Source of the DNA: Faecousia sp.
Lineage (GTDB): Bacteria; Bacillota; Clostridia; Oscillospirales; Oscillospiraceae
Direction: 5' to 3'
Assembly: GCA_045612985.1 (NCBI GenBank)
Contig: JAZLAB010000060.1
Coordinates: 23,911 to 87,910 of the forward strand
DNA length: 64,000 bases
Positions 1 through 10,701 of the stretch are shown here, one piece after another. How positions within the stretch are numbered: the first letter of the stretch is position 1; the number at the start of each line of letters is the position of its first letter. The position numbers were made by a program, and so were the translations under genes. The notes under the pieces are model-generated. The model made no database searches and was not told the origin of the DNA. It was given only the letters and a program-made list of their open reading frames with translations.

Positions 1-1097
1 GCAGCCTTCAGGGCAATTTCCTGCTCCAGTTCCGCGGCTGCCTCCTCTGCATCCTTAGCGGTAACCTTTACTTTTTTGGTAGAGACCTCCACAACCGGTG
101 CATCCTCCAAGGGCTCTTCCGGCTCGTAGGGCGGCATCTCCGCAGGAATTGGCTGCGCTTTTTTGTTCACAATAGGAATGATCTCACAGTCAGCATTTTC
201 CTTTACTTCACCTTCGGAAATAGCCACCGGGTCGTCCACATCGCTGTCGATCTGACGCATAATTTCGTCGACCTTCTTTGTGGATTCCGGTTCAGGATCT
301 TCAATATCCAAGACCACTGTTTTCTTCTTTGGCTTTGTCTCCGGTTCTTCATCCGCTTGGCGATGCCGCTCCATATATTCAATGTGTTTATTTGCAATAT
401 GGTTTACAACAACGGCCGCGGGCTCCTGACGGACCTCCTTCTCATTATCCCATTCCGGGCGGGGGCGATTGCGAACAGCCCGAACAATACTCGGGATGGT
501 AATTTGCATACTGCCCAGCAGCAGGAAAATTCCGGCCACGACCAACAGAATGAACGGGAATACCGGACCAAAGAACCAGTGCAGGAAAATTGCAAGCGCG
601 CCGCAAAGCAGGCCACCGGTCGTGCCATCGATGCCGCCCAAGTAGAGCTCGCTAAAACCGGTGGTACAGTTGGGGTCATAGATCAAATGGGCAAGGCAGC
701 CACAAACAAGCAAAAAGCAACCCAAACAAATCGAGCGCATCAAAACAGGCCTTTTTCCGCTAAATGCGTGAATAAAGAACAGGTATAGCAGAACAGGCAT
801 TGCCACAACAAAGCCGGTGCTGCCAACAAGGCCGTGAATGAAGAGGCTGAAGTACTTAAAGTAGATCCCTTCAGGTACAAAATAAGTGATAATAAGAAGT
901 ACAAACAGGCAGAAAAAGACTGCAGATGTAATCAACCGGACAGGAATATCACGAGGCTGTTTTGATAGCTGCTTCTGGATCTTTGCATCCTTCTTGCCTG
1001 TAGTTTTGTTGGATGCAGTGCGCTTGCGCTTTTGATTTTTATTCTTTGCAGCAGAAACCGCTCTTTCAGCCTGGGATCTTTGTTTCTGTTTCGCCAT
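1..1097 (-). CDS. ftsK: DNA translocase FtsK/SpoIIIE, N-terminal part (runs off window start)
   Basis: Not in the ORF track because it has no stop in the window. ATG at 1097 with AAGGAG RBS; MAKQKQRSQAERA..., then a multi-TM region with a GG..GG motif and an acidic/Pro linker; tepA-uppP-ftsK synteny. Confidence 0.8.
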   Translation of the reverse strand, partial: MAKQKQRSQAERAVSAAKNKNQKRKRTASNKTTGKKDAKIQKQLSKQPRDIPVRLITSAVFFCLFVLLIITYFVPEGIYFKYFSLFIHGLVGSTGFVVAMPVLLYLFFIHAFSGKRPVLMRSICLGCFLLVCGCLAHLIYDPNCTTGFSELYLGGIDGTTGGLLCGALAIFLHWFFGPVFPFILLVVAGIFLLLGSMQITIPSIVRAVRNRPRPEWDNEKEVRQEPAAVVVNHIANKHIEYMERHRQADEEPETKPKKKTVVLDIEDPEPESTKKVDEIMRQIDSDVDDPVAISEGEVKENADCEIIPIVNKKAQPIPAEMPPYEPEEPLEDAPVVEVSTKKVKVTAKDAEEAAAELEQEIALKA

Positions 1098-1108
1098 ACA
1101 TAGCTCCT

Positions 1109-1933
1109 TTACGCCACAATTAAGTACAGTACAAACGAGATCAGTGCAGCACCCCAACAATAATAGGAGAAATCAGACAATCCTGTCCGTACAATAAGAA
1201 ACTTCATTAACAAAATACTGATATATCCGCCAATATACGCACCAACAGCCGACAGAAGATATCCGAAGAAGTTGCTCCAAAAACCGGAGATACCGGAAAA
1301 AGAGAACATTCCGAAAATATCGACGATCATCAAAAGAGCGAGGGCGGGAATGCTTAATAAAAGCGCCCAGTCCAAAGCCTTCCTTTGGTCAGCGCCACGG
1401 CATACTGCAACCGAAGTGCAGCAACCAACCCGGGAAAAACCGGGAATTGCAGACAGCGCGGCAAAAATGCCAATTAAGAAACTATCCAATCCAGACATTG
1501 TCCGGGCATCCCGATTTGAGCGAACCAACCGATCCGGGACAAACAGGATCACGCCATTGATCAAAAGAAACAGTGCAACATAAATCAGCGAACTACGAAT
1601 GCCAACTACATATGTAAGCACCAATATGCCGATCACCATTGGAAGAAAAGCATTCTTAACCAAGCGGATGTCATGCATGGATTTAGGGCGTGTGTGAAGT
1701 GAGCGGCCGTGGATTGCTGCTGCGTTTTCTCTGCGCAATTGTCCCAACATTGCTCTGCATCCGGAAAAAATTGACACAAGCATAGCGCCGTGAACAAGGA
1801 AATCCCGGAAAGGGTCGTGTCCGTTAGCGCCAAATAACATAAGAATTAAATCCTGATGTGCGCGGGAAGAGATAGGAAGAAATTCCGTTAGTCCCGATAC
1901 AAGGCCATATATTAAACTTTCAAGCCAGTTCAT
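1109..1933 (-). CDS. uppP: Undecaprenyl-diphosphate phosphatase (BacA/UppP)
   Basis: GLTEFLPISS..H and PGFSR motifs, multi-TM; start moved to MNWLES (ATG 1933, AAAGGA upstream). Confidence 0.85.
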   Translation of the reverse strand: MNWLESLIYGLVSGLTEFLPISSRAHQDLILMLFGANGHDPFRDFLVHGAMLVSIFSGCRAMLGQLRRENAAAIHGRSLHTRPKSMHDIRLVKNAFLPMVIGILVLTYVVGIRSSLIYVALFLLINGVILFVPDRLVRSNRDARTMSGLDSFLIGIFAALSAIPGFSRVGCCTSVAVCRGADQRKALDWALLLSIPALALLMIVDIFGMFSFSGISGFWSNFFGYLLSAVGAYIGGYISILLMKFLIVRTGLSDFSYYCWGAALISFVLYLIVA

Positions 1934-2020
1934 ATTCAAACCTATCCTTTCCCTATTCGTACATCCATATAATATCACAAATTATTCAAGATTTCCAGTA
2001 TATAATCGAAAATATTTAGC

Positions 2021-2719
2021 TTACTTCTCCCCTTCCCGTTTCCTTTGCTTTTCAATCATTTTATGAAGAGCGGCAAGGGCATCATTTAAACCGCCCAATT
2101 TATCAATCAAGCCGGAAGAAACCGCTTCCTTTCCGTACAGGATCGTGCCCACATCTGTAGCCATTTCCCCTGTTGCCATCATATAATGCTCAAATTTTTC
2201 CTTCGAAATACTGGAGTTTTCCGTAACAAAATCTGCAATTTGCTCCTGAATCCTCTGAAAATAGCGGAACGTCTGTGGCGCACCCACAACCAAACCGGTC
2301 ATTCTAACCGGATGGACTGTCATACTGGCTGTCGGCGTAATAAAAGACTTTTTTGTGCAAACTGCAAGGGGAATACCAATGGAATGACCACCGCCCAAAA
2401 CAAGGGATACTGTCGGCTTTTTCATACCTGCAATCATTTCTGCAATGGCAAGCCCTGCCTCAATATCACCGCCGACTGTGTTTAGCAGGAGCAACAAACC
2501 ATCGATCTCATCACTTTCCTCAATGCCAGCCAGCAGAGGCAGCACATGCTCATATTTCGTTGTTTTTACAGTTTCCGGAAGAACCTGATGTCCTTCCACC
2601 TGACCGATAATCGTCAATGTGTAGATATTGCCTTTACTAGATTTTGTAATATCAGAACCCAGCTCAATCATCTGTTCCCGATCCTGTTCCTTCAGCTCCG
2701 GATTGTTTGTTTTTTCCAT
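2021..2719 (-). CDS. tepA: ClpP-like protease, translocation-enhancing protein TepA
   Basis: IIGQVEGH, TTKYEH, LNTVGGDIEAGLAIAE and GGGHSIG motifs; lies upstream of ftsK as in Bacillota. Confidence 0.9.
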   Translation of the reverse strand: MEKTNNPELKEQDREQMIELGSDITKSSKGNIYTLTIIGQVEGHQVLPETVKTTKYEHVLPLLAGIEESDEIDGLLLLLNTVGGDIEAGLAIAEMIAGMKKPTVSLVLGGGHSIGIPLAVCTKKSFITPTASMTVHPVRMTGLVVGAPQTFRYFQRIQEQIADFVTENSSISKEKFEHYMMATGEMATDVGTILYGKEAVSSGLIDKLGGLNDALAALHKMIEKQRKREGEK

Positions 2720-2774
2720 AATCGCGCCTCCTTTGTCTTAATAGCGTAACCGTTTTTGCTGCAATAATTCACTC

Positions 2775-2803
2775 TTGAAAGAACAGCGGAAATATCGTAT
2801 AAT
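2775..2803 (+). promoter_or_regulatory. SigA-type promoter for ybaK operon
   Basis: TTGAAA-17-TATAAT. Confidence 0.65.
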
Positions 2804-2818
2804 ATCCCAGGTGATACT

Positions 2819-3289
2819 ATGGTAAATAAAACAAATGCAGTAAGACTGGTGCAGCAGGCAGGTTTTACTTGTGAGGAAGCCTTCTACGATTACAATGAAA
2901 AAGATTTAAGTGGCAAGCACGCTGCCCAGGCCATTGGCCTGCCGGAAGAACAGGTGTTTAAAACACTTGTAGCCAGGGGCGCACGCACCGGAATTAATGT
3001 TTTCTGCATTCCGGTCTGTTGCGAGCTGAATCTTAAAGCAGCTGCAAAGGCAGCCGGTGATAAAAACATGGAGCTGATTCCTGTGAAGGATCTACTGTCA
3101 CTCACCGGCTATATTCGTGGCGGATGCAGCCCCATTGGTATGAAGAAAGCCTATCCCACCTTCATTGATGAGACCTGCCAGCTATACAGTGAAATTGCCA
3201 TATCTGCCGGTGAGCGGGGTCATCAAATGCTGATTCATTATGAAGCTATCATTCACCTTGCCGGCGCAAAACTTGCAGACATCATCTGA
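2819..3289 (+). CDS. ybaK: Cys-tRNA(Pro) deacylase YbaK/EbsC
   Basis: KTNAVR, VFKTLV, TGYIRGGCSPIGMKK and SAG.RG motifs. Confidence 0.92.
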   Translation: MVNKTNAVRLVQQAGFTCEEAFYDYNEKDLSGKHAAQAIGLPEEQVFKTLVARGARTGINVFCIPVCCELNLKAAAKAAGDKNMELIPVKDLLSLTGYIRGGCSPIGMKKAYPTFIDETCQLYSEIAISAGERGHQMLIHYEAIIHLAGAKLADII

Positions 3290-3308
3290 CATAGAAAGGA
3301 ATACACAT

Positions 3309-3557
3309 ATGCAGTACGAATATAAGACAAAAGGAACTTGTTCCCAAAGAATTCTCTTTGAAATCGAGGACGGAATTATTTCAAACGTGCAGTTTATTGG
3401 CGGTTGCAACGGCAACCTGCAAGGCATTGGAAAGCTTGTGGAAGGTATGAATGCACAGGATGTAATTGACAGAATTGAAGGCATCCACTGCGGTATGAAG
3501 ACTACCTCCTGCCCCGATCAGTTGGCAAGAGCGCTAAAAGAAGCGATCAATCAATAA
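3309..3557 (+). CDS. TIGR03905-type TSCPD domain protein
   Basis: GTCS..., GGCNGNL, C...TSCPDQLA; ATG 3309 after AGAAAGGA. Confidence 0.88.
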   Translation: MQYEYKTKGTCSQRILFEIEDGIISNVQFIGGCNGNLQGIGKLVEGMNAQDVIDRIEGIHCGMKTTSCPDQLARALKEAINQ

Positions 3558-3560
3558 ATT

Positions 3561-3590
3561 AAAGGGTTGCCCAACAGGGCAACCCTTTTT
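3561..3590. terminator. Bidirectional intrinsic terminator
   Basis: AAAGGGTTGCCC-AACA-GGGCAACCCTTTTT between convergent genes. Confidence 0.85.
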
Positions 3591-3596
3591 CCGTTG

Positions 3597-4178
3597 TTAT
3601 TCAGCAGCTGCTAAAATAATCTTAACCAATTCATCACGGCCAGTCCCTTTTTCCGCCGAAAAAGGAATCACCGGACAGTCCTCCGGTAAGCTTAAATCAT
3701 CCCGAATGACTTGCAAATTCGGTTCGATCTCGCTTTTTTTAAGCTTGTCCAATTTATTTGCAACCACAACAAACGGACACCCGGACTGCAAAAACCACTG
3801 GGCCATTGTGATGTCGTTCTTTGTAGGAGCATGCCGCGCATCCACGATGAAGACACCAAGGTCAATGCGGTCAGCCGCAAAATAATCTTCCATTAGATTG
3901 GACCAGCGATCCTTTTCCGCCTGGGAGACTTTTGCATAGCCGTAACCCGGCAGATCCACAAAGTAACATTTCTCATCAATGGTGAAATAGTTTACGTGTA
4001 TGGTCTTTCCGGGTCTTTCCCCTACCCTTGCGAGATTTTTCCGCTGTAAAATCCGGTTAATTACGGAAGATTTTCCCACATTGGACTTACCTGCAAATGC
4101 AATCTCCGGAAGATTTTGGGGCGGAAATTGCTTTTTTGAGGCTGCAGAGATCAAGAAATCAACATTATGAAAATTCAT
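3597..4178 (-). CDS. engB: Ribosome biogenesis GTPase EngB/YsxC
   Basis: GKSNVGKSS, DLPGYG and NKLDK GTPase motifs; follows lon. Confidence 0.95.
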   Translation of the reverse strand: MNFHNVDFLISAASKKQFPPQNLPEIAFAGKSNVGKSSVINRILQRKNLARVGERPGKTIHVNYFTIDEKCYFVDLPGYGYAKVSQAEKDRWSNLMEDYFAADRIDLGVFIVDARHAPTKNDITMAQWFLQSGCPFVVVANKLDKLKKSEIEPNLQVIRDDLSLPEDCPVIPFSAEKGTGRDELVKIILAAAE

Positions 4179-4187
4179 AAGCGCACC

Positions 4188-6590
4188 TCACTGACGAATG
4201 CTCGGTTTGCGGGAAATTGTTTTCATATCCTCCGGAATATCCTGAAGGATTGTGGGTGTGATCTCTGAGTGTCGGTTTAGCGCAGTTTCCAGCACAGTAT
4301 CTACAGATTTTGCTGTAATAAAAGTCAATGCATTTCTCACAACCGGATCGATCTCGCTCAAATCCCGTTCATTGTCCTTGGGGATAATCACCGTGTGAAT
4401 TCCGTGCCGATGGGCTGCCATTGTCTTTTCCTTTAGTCCGCCAATGGCAAGCACGCGACCGCGAAGTGTGATCTCGCCGGTCATAGCCACATCCCGGCGT
4501 ACAGTTGTTCCGGTCAAAGCAGATACCATTGCTGTGCAAACTGCAATACCGGCAGAAGGACCGTCCTTGGGCACAGCACCTTCCGGGAAATGGACATGAA
4601 TGTCCATTTTCTTATAGAAATCAGCAGGCACAGCAAGCTTTTCAGCATTTGCGCGGATATAGCTTAACGCGGCGTGGGCGGATTCTTTCATCACATCTCC
4701 AAGATTGCCGGTCAGCTCCAGTTTTCCGGAACCTTCCATCACATTGACTTCCACCTCAAGCGTCTCACCACCAACAGAGGTCCAGGCCAATCCGGTAACA
4801 AGACCAACCTGATCATTTCCGGGGATTCTGTCCGGCAGGAACTTTCTTACTCCAAGGACAGATTCCACTTTAGCGCCGTTAATCACATTGCATTTCTTTG
4901 CTTCATCCGAAAGAATAACCGTAGCCGTCTTTCTGCAGATCTCGCCAATGCATCTTTCCAGGTTTCTAACGCCGGACTCCCGGGTGTAACACTGAATGAT
5001 CTCACGAATGGCATCCTCTGTAATACGAAGTTGCCGTTTTTGAATGCCATGCTTTTCCAGCTGCTTGGGAATTAAGTGATTTTTGGCGATCATCACCTTT
5101 TCCTCGTCCGTATAAGAACCAAGCTCAATGATCTCCATACGGTCAAGAAGGGGTCTGGGAATGGTATCCAAAGTGTTTGCAGTGATGATAAACATCACAT
5201 CGCTCAAATCAAACGGGATCTCAAGGTAGTGATCTCTGTAGGTTTTATTCTGTTCTCCGTCCAGAACTTCCAAAAGCGCGGCGCTGGGGTCTCCCCGATA
5301 GTCTGCGCCCATTTTATCGACTTCGTCCAACAGCAGTAACGGATTGCTGCTGCCTGCCTGGATCACTGCATTGATGATTCTGCCGGGCATTGCGCCAACA
5401 TAGGTTTTCCGGTGTCCACGAATGTCCGCTTCATCCCGAATACCACCCAATGCAATCCGCGCCATTTTGCGGTTCAAACAACGAGCCACAGAGTATGCGA
5501 TGGATGTCTTACCAATACCGGGAGGACCTACAAGGCAAAGAATTTGCGGCGGCATCTGGGGAGCAAGCTTACGAACTGCCAGTGTTTCCAGAATTCTCTG
5601 CTTTACCTTCTCCAAACCAAAGTGATCTTTTTCCAAAATCTTCTTCGCTGTATCAATATCAACGCGTTCCTTTGTGCGAATATTCCAGGGCAATTCCAAA
5701 ACCGTATCCAGATAATTACGAAGGACCGATGCTTCAGCAGAACCGAAAGGCTGCTTTTTCAGCCGATCCAGATCCTTCATAAGTTTGTTTTCCAGCTCCG
5801 GCTGTAAATTCAGCCTCAGGATATTTTTCTCATACTCGGCAAATTCAGAAGACTCGTCTGTGTCCCCCAATTCCTCGCGGATTGCTTTCATCTGCTCACG
5901 CAGATAGTAATCCCGCTGGTCCTGGTCCATCAATGCCCGGGTCTTGTCCTGAATGTCAGATTCCAGCTGCAGGATCTGGATCTCCTGCCTCAAAAGATGC
6001 ACCGCCAGCTCCAGTCTTCTGACAGGATTCAATTGGCACAGAAGTTTTGCCTTGTCTGCATATTCGATACCGGAATTTTGAGCGATTGCATCTGCAATAA
6101 AGCCGCAATCTTCCGATGCCAGCATCCGCAAATGCACAGCCTGGGCAGGATGCTCGATCAGATCCAGATAACTGCCATACAGCGCATTGGCCTCTCTACG
6201 AAGGGCGCGGGCATTTAAATTCTCGCGGGTAGCAACATCAGTCTTTTTCTCTACTGTGCCTGCCAAATAGGGCGTAAATTGGCTTAATTGCGTAATTTTT
6301 GCGCGGTATAAGCCCTCAACAAGCACACGAATATTGTCGCTGTGAGATTTCAAGATCTGCTTTACCTTTACTACTGTACCAATGGGATACAGTCCTGCCA
6401 GATCCGGGTCGTCCTGAAGAATATCCTTTTGCGGCGCAAGCATCAGTATTTGATCGTTCTTCATTGCCGCTTCCAGTGCCAAAGCAGATTTCACGCGACC
6501 AATGTCAAAATGCACGGTCTGTTCAGGAAATACCGTAATTCCCCGAAGGGCAAGCACCGGCAGTTTAACGGATACATTTATATCTTCCAT
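4188..6590 (-). CDS. lon: ATP-dependent Lon protease
   Basis: LON N-domain, GPPGIGKT Walker A, PKDGPSAG catalytic Ser, GGLKEK. Confidence 0.97.
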   Translation of the reverse strand: MEDINVSVKLPVLALRGITVFPEQTVHFDIGRVKSALALEAAMKNDQILMLAPQKDILQDDPDLAGLYPIGTVVKVKQILKSHSDNIRVLVEGLYRAKITQLSQFTPYLAGTVEKKTDVATRENLNARALRREANALYGSYLDLIEHPAQAVHLRMLASEDCGFIADAIAQNSGIEYADKAKLLCQLNPVRRLELAVHLLRQEIQILQLESDIQDKTRALMDQDQRDYYLREQMKAIREELGDTDESSEFAEYEKNILRLNLQPELENKLMKDLDRLKKQPFGSAEASVLRNYLDTVLELPWNIRTKERVDIDTAKKILEKDHFGLEKVKQRILETLAVRKLAPQMPPQILCLVGPPGIGKTSIAYSVARCLNRKMARIALGGIRDEADIRGHRKTYVGAMPGRIINAVIQAGSSNPLLLLDEVDKMGADYRGDPSAALLEVLDGEQNKTYRDHYLEIPFDLSDVMFIITANTLDTIPRPLLDRMEIIELGSYTDEEKVMIAKNHLIPKQLEKHGIQKRQLRITEDAIREIIQCYTRESGVRNLERCIGEICRKTATVILSDEAKKCNVINGAKVESVLGVRKFLPDRIPGNDQVGLVTGLAWTSVGGETLEVEVNVMEGSGKLELTGNLGDVMKESAHAALSYIRANAEKLAVPADFYKKMDIHVHFPEGAVPKDGPSAGIAVCTAMVSALTGTTVRRDVAMTGEITLRGRVLAIGGLKEKTMAAHRHGIHTVIIPKDNERDLSEIDPVVRNALTFITAKSVDTVLETALNRHSEITPTILQDIPEDMKTISRKPSIRQ

Positions 6591-6615
6591 AATGACCTCC
6601 TTTCCATATGAGGAG

Positions 6616-6642
6616 AAAAAGGGGGTAGATTTCTACCCCCTT
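6616..6642 (-). terminator. Intrinsic terminator after clpX
   Basis: AAGGGGGTAGA-AA-TCTACCCCCTTTTT on minus strand. Confidence 0.65.
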
Positions 6643-6647
6643 GCAAT

Positions 6648-7892
6648 TTAATTATTTGTTGTAAGTGCGGCGCGCGGCTTCGCTTTGTTGCGTATAAGCT
6701 TTGGCTGTGCGCCATCCAGACACTCCGGTGTAACGATCACCTTATGAATGGAATAGTCAGAGGGAATCACATACATGATCTTGGTCATCATCTGTTCCAT
6801 AACAGCGCGCAAACCTCTTGCGCCAATTTTCTGTGCAATTGCTTTCTCTGCAACAGCCTCGAGGGTCTCCGGCAGAATCTCCAACTCCACATTATCCATA
6901 GCAAATAGCTGTTGATACTGTTTCGTCAGTGCATTTTTCGGCTCAACAAGAATTCTGACAAGGTCTTCCTTCTTCAGTTCCTGCAAGGATGTAATTACCG
7001 GCAAACGTCCGATCAGCTCCGGGATAATACCGAACTTAAGCAGGTCATGGGACTGGACCTGTGCAAACAGTTTGCCGATGTCCCGATCCTTCTTGCTCTC
7101 AACGGTAGAGCCAAAACCCATAGAGGATTTGTCTGTCCGGGCTTCAATGATCTTGTCCAGGCCATCAAATGCGCCGCCGCAAATAAACAGGATATTGCTT
7201 GTGTTGATGGGGATCGTTTCCTGATGGGGATGCTTTCTGCCGCCCTGGGGAGGCACGGTAGCGACAGTGCCCTCCAAAATCTTCAAAAGAGCCTGTTGGA
7301 CGCCCTCACCGGACACATCCCGGGTAATAGATGTGTTTTCGCTCTTACGGGCGATCTTGTCCATCTCATCAATGTAAATAATTCCCCGCTCTGCAAGCTC
7401 CACATCAAAATCAGCGGCCTGCAGCAGACGAACCAGGATGTTCTCAACATCATCGCCCACATAGCCTGCTTCTGTCAGCGTTGTGGCATCAGCAATGGCA
7501 AAAGGCACATTGAGAATTTTGGCAAGAGTCTGGGCAAACAGCGTCTTGCCGGAGCCGGTAGGTCCAATAAGCAGAATATTGCTTTTTTGCAATTCCACTT
7601 CAGAGTCGTGTGCTAGGAAAACACGCTTATAATGATTATAAACTGCAACCGCCAGTGCGATCTTTGCATCGTCCTGGCCAATGATATAGCTATCCATATA
7701 TGCCTTCATATTCATAGGGGTTGGCAAATGATCCGGCATACCGGTAGCTTTACTGTCCTCCCGCAGCAAATCGCAACAGGCCTGCACGCAATCGCTGCAA
7801 ATGCAAACATCGGGACCTGCAATCAGCCGTGCCTGAGACTCCTGCTTTCCGCAAAAGGAACAGCATAAAACTTGTTCATCTTTTTTGGCCAT
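6648..7892 (-). CDS. clpX: ATP-dependent Clp protease ATPase ClpX
   Basis: C4 zinc finger, [24 protein letters not shown]. Confidence 0.97.
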   Translation of the reverse strand: MAKKDEQVLCCSFCGKQESQARLIAGPDVCICSDCVQACCDLLREDSKATGMPDHLPTPMNMKAYMDSYIIGQDDAKIALAVAVYNHYKRVFLAHDSEVELQKSNILLIGPTGSGKTLFAQTLAKILNVPFAIADATTLTEAGYVGDDVENILVRLLQAADFDVELAERGIIYIDEMDKIARKSENTSITRDVSGEGVQQALLKILEGTVATVPPQGGRKHPHQETIPINTSNILFICGGAFDGLDKIIEARTDKSSMGFGSTVESKKDRDIGKLFAQVQSHDLLKFGIIPELIGRLPVITSLQELKKEDLVRILVEPKNALTKQYQQLFAMDNVELEILPETLEAVAEKAIAQKIGARGLRAVMEQMMTKIMYVIPSDYSIHKVIVTPECLDGAQPKLIRNKAKPRAALTTNN

Positions 7893-7918
7893 TACACAGG
7901 CACCGCCTTTCTTTCGTA

Positions 7919-8500
7919 TCAGTGATTGGTAATTACCTTATCGATAATTCCATAGTTCATAGCCTCGTCAGCGGTCATAAAGTTATCCCGCTCACAAGCC
8001 GCAGTAACTTCCTCAATGCTCTTGCCGGTGTTTTCAGCAAGAATTCTGTTCATCCGCGCCTTAATGGTCTCCAGACGCTTCATATGGATCGCCATATCGG
8101 TGATCTGACCCTGTGTACCGGCAGAAGGCTGATGAATCATAATTTCAGAATTCGGCAGCGCCATGCGCTTGCCTTTCGTACCGGCAGAAAGAAGAAATGC
8201 GCCCATAGATGCAGCCATACCGACGCAAATGGTTGCCACATCGCACTTGATGTACTGCATTGTGTCATAAATAGCCATTCCTGCAGTAACACTGCCACCG
8301 GGGCTGTTAATGTAGAACTGGATGTCCTTATCCGGGTCCTGGGCCTCCAGGTAAAGCAGCTGCGCCACAATTAAACTAGCAGTTGTGTCATTTACCTCTT
8401 CAGATAAAAACACGATTCGGTCGTTCAGAAGACGGGAGAAAATATCATAGCTTCTCTCACCACGACTTGTTTGTTCTACGACATAAGGAATGAAACTCAT
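7919..8500 (-). CDS. clpP: ClpP protease
   Basis: [26 protein letters not shown]; start MSFIPY at good RBS spacing. Confidence 0.97.
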   Translation of the reverse strand: MSFIPYVVEQTSRGERSYDIFSRLLNDRIVFLSEEVNDTTASLIVAQLLYLEAQDPDKDIQFYINSPGGSVTAGMAIYDTMQYIKCDVATICVGMAASMGAFLLSAGTKGKRMALPNSEIMIHQPSAGTQGQITDMAIHMKRLETIKARMNRILAENTGKSIEEVTAACERDNFMTADEAMNYGIIDKVITNH

Positions 8501-8551
8501 AGCCATATCTCCTTTCAGGGTTTGAAACATTGTAACCGAAGTTGTGGAAAA

Positions 8552-9886
8552 TTATTCCTCTGCAGCTTTTTCTTCAGCTGCAGGCTTTGCAGCAGGTGCC
8601 TTCTTCTTTCTGGGCTTGGAAACGACGGCAGAATCCACAATGACCTTAATGGCCTTACGGGTCTCAATGCCGGATTTCAGCTCAGATTCGGGAACCATTT
8701 CCTTAACCTTCTCTACATCCAGGCTGTACTGCTTTGCAACTGACTCGTACTCGGCAGCGATGTCTTCTTCAGAAACGGTAATTTCTTCAACCTCAGCAAT
8801 CTTTGCCAGGGTAACATTGATCTTTGCCTGCTTTTCAGCTGCGGGACGGAAAGCATTGCGCATAGTGGCCATATCGCCGCCCATCATCTTTGCATAAGCC
8901 TCCATAGAGTAACCGCTCATCTGCAGCTGATAGCCAAAGCGCTCCATCTGGGTGTCCAGTTCGGATTCGATCAGAGCCTTGGGCATCTCAACAGTTGCGT
9001 TTTCAGCAGCCTTTTCTACGCAAGCCTGCTCAAACTCAGCCTGTGCCTTCTTCTCAGCTTCAGCCTGTGCCTTCTCACGAATGTCAGCCTTCAGTGCATC
9101 CAGAGTCTCAAACTCAGAAACATCCTTTGCAAACTCGTCGTCCTTCGCAGGAACATTGGTAGCGGTAACCTTGTTCACCTTAACATGGAACACAACAGCC
9201 TTGCCGGCCAGTTCCTTGTGGTAGTCCTCAGGGAATGTAATATCGATGTCCTTCTCATCGCCGGCAGCCATACCTACAACCTGCTCCTCAAAACCGGGAA
9301 CGAAAGAGCCGGAGCCCAGCTTCAGATCAAAGTTTTCACCCTTACCGCCGTCGAAGGCAACGCCATTATCAAAGCCTTCGAAGTCAATGTTTGCAGTGTC
9401 GCCCATCTCGGCAGCGCGCTCAACAGTTTCAGTAGAAGCAACATTCTGCGCCATACGGTCCAGCTCAGCTTCAACCTGCTCGTCGGTGATCTTAACAGCT
9501 TCCTTCTTCATCTTCAGGCCCTTGTAATCGCCCAAGGTAACCTCAGGATAGGTCTCGGTGGTCAGAGTGATGGTAACAATGCCATCCTCGCTGATGTCCA
9601 TATCTGTCAGGCTGGGACGGCCAACCGCCTTTACATCCTGACCGATTACAGCATACTCATAAACCTCGGGGAAAATTTCCTCCAGGCCATCTTCATAGAA
9701 TACATGAGCGCCATACATTGCCTCGATCATCTTCCGGGGAGCCTTGCCCTTACGGAAGCCAGGCAGAACGATGTTCTTGCGTGCCTTCAGGTAAGCCTTG
9801 TTGACACCGGATTCCATCAGCTCCTTATCGATTTCGACAACGATTGTAGCCTCATTGCCCTTTTTCTCAATGTTTTTGATATTCAT
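8552..9886 (-). CDS. tig: Trigger factor
   Basis: PGFRKGKAP ribosome-binding motif, FKBP domain. Confidence 0.97.
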   Translation of the reverse strand: MNIKNIEKKGNEATIVVEIDKELMESGVNKAYLKARKNIVLPGFRKGKAPRKMIEAMYGAHVFYEDGLEEIFPEVYEYAVIGQDVKAVGRPSLTDMDISEDGIVTITLTTETYPEVTLGDYKGLKMKKEAVKITDEQVEAELDRMAQNVASTETVERAAEMGDTANIDFEGFDNGVAFDGGKGENFDLKLGSGSFVPGFEEQVVGMAAGDEKDIDITFPEDYHKELAGKAVVFHVKVNKVTATNVPAKDDEFAKDVSEFETLDALKADIREKAQAEAEKKAQAEFEQACVEKAAENATVEMPKALIESELDTQMERFGYQLQMSGYSMEAYAKMMGGDMATMRNAFRPAAEKQAKINVTLAKIAEVEEITVSEEDIAAEYESVAKQYSLDVEKVKEMVPESELKSGIETRKAIKVIVDSAVVSKPRKKKAPAAKPAAEEKAAEE

Positions 9887-9996
9887 ATTTTTGTCCTCCC
9901 TAAATCCCGCTGAAAACAGCAGATTTATTACAATTTTTTTATCCGAACTATATTAACAAAAAAAGCAGGAAATGTCCACACTTTTCTTTAATTTTT

Positions 9997-10686
9997 TTAA
10001 TCAAATACTTTATACGGTTTAAAATCCAGCCGATCCGCGGAAACAAGGCGATATTCTATGCCGTCCCAAAGACCTTCCAGGGCAAGTCCGTGGCTTGCGC
10101 CGTGAAGGTGTCCGTAAAAGCAGTAGCGAACATCGTATTCTTTTAATAGCGTCAAAATCTCCGGACACGTATAGCCTTTATACCGTGGCGGATAGTGGAG
10201 AAAAACGAGCTTCTGACGGTCTCCCGCTGATTTTAAGGATGCTTCCAGACGGCCGATTTCCCGCTTGAAAACTTTTTCATCGTGCTGTCCGCTCTTTTCT
10301 TCTTCATAAAACCAACCTCTTGTGCCGCAAATGGCCCAGTCGCCGTAAACATAATGATTGTTATTCAGAACAGATTGATTTTTGAAATTGTTCTCTTGGC
10401 AAAATTTATTAAATTTTGCCGCAGTGCTCCACCAATAATCGTGATTCCCCTTGATGATGATTTTATTGCCGGGGATTTCATTGATCCAGGCAAAATCATC
10501 CTTCGCTTCTTCTAGTCCAAGCGCCCAGGAAAGATCGCCAAGAATCACAAGGGTATCCTCCGGCTTTAGGATGGACATACCGACCTTCAGCTTATCCATA
10601 TAGCCAACCCAATTTCCGCCGAAGATATCCATTGGTTTCGGCGCACCCAGGCTTAGGTGCAGATCACCGATTGCATATAAAGCCAT
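9997..10686 (-). CDS. Calcineurin-like metallophosphoesterase
   Basis: DLH, GD, GNHD and GHLH motifs. Confidence 0.88.
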   Translation of the reverse strand: MALYAIGDLHLSLGAPKPMDIFGGNWVGYMDKLKVGMSILKPEDTLVILGDLSWALGLEEAKDDFAWINEIPGNKIIIKGNHDYWWSTAAKFNKFCQENNFKNQSVLNNNHYVYGDWAICGTRGWFYEEEKSGQHDEKVFKREIGRLEASLKSAGDRQKLVFLHYPPRYKGYTCPEILTLLKEYDVRYCFYGHLHGASHGLALEGLWDGIEYRLVSADRLDFKPYKVFD

Positions 10687-10701
10687 CGTCGTCTCCTTAT
10701 A

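Noticed and set aside
1109-1933. UppP as a pseudoenzyme (SRVG instead of SRSG, YYC instead of YYR)
   Set aside because: The key TEFLPISS..H residues and the Arg of PG.SR are retained, so the evidence for inactivity is too weak.
2730-2775. Sporulation sigma-factor promoters before tepA (also spoIID and the spoIVFB-like gene)
   Set aside because: Only loose matches to SigF/E/G consensus with off spacing; plausible from gene function but not supportable by eye.
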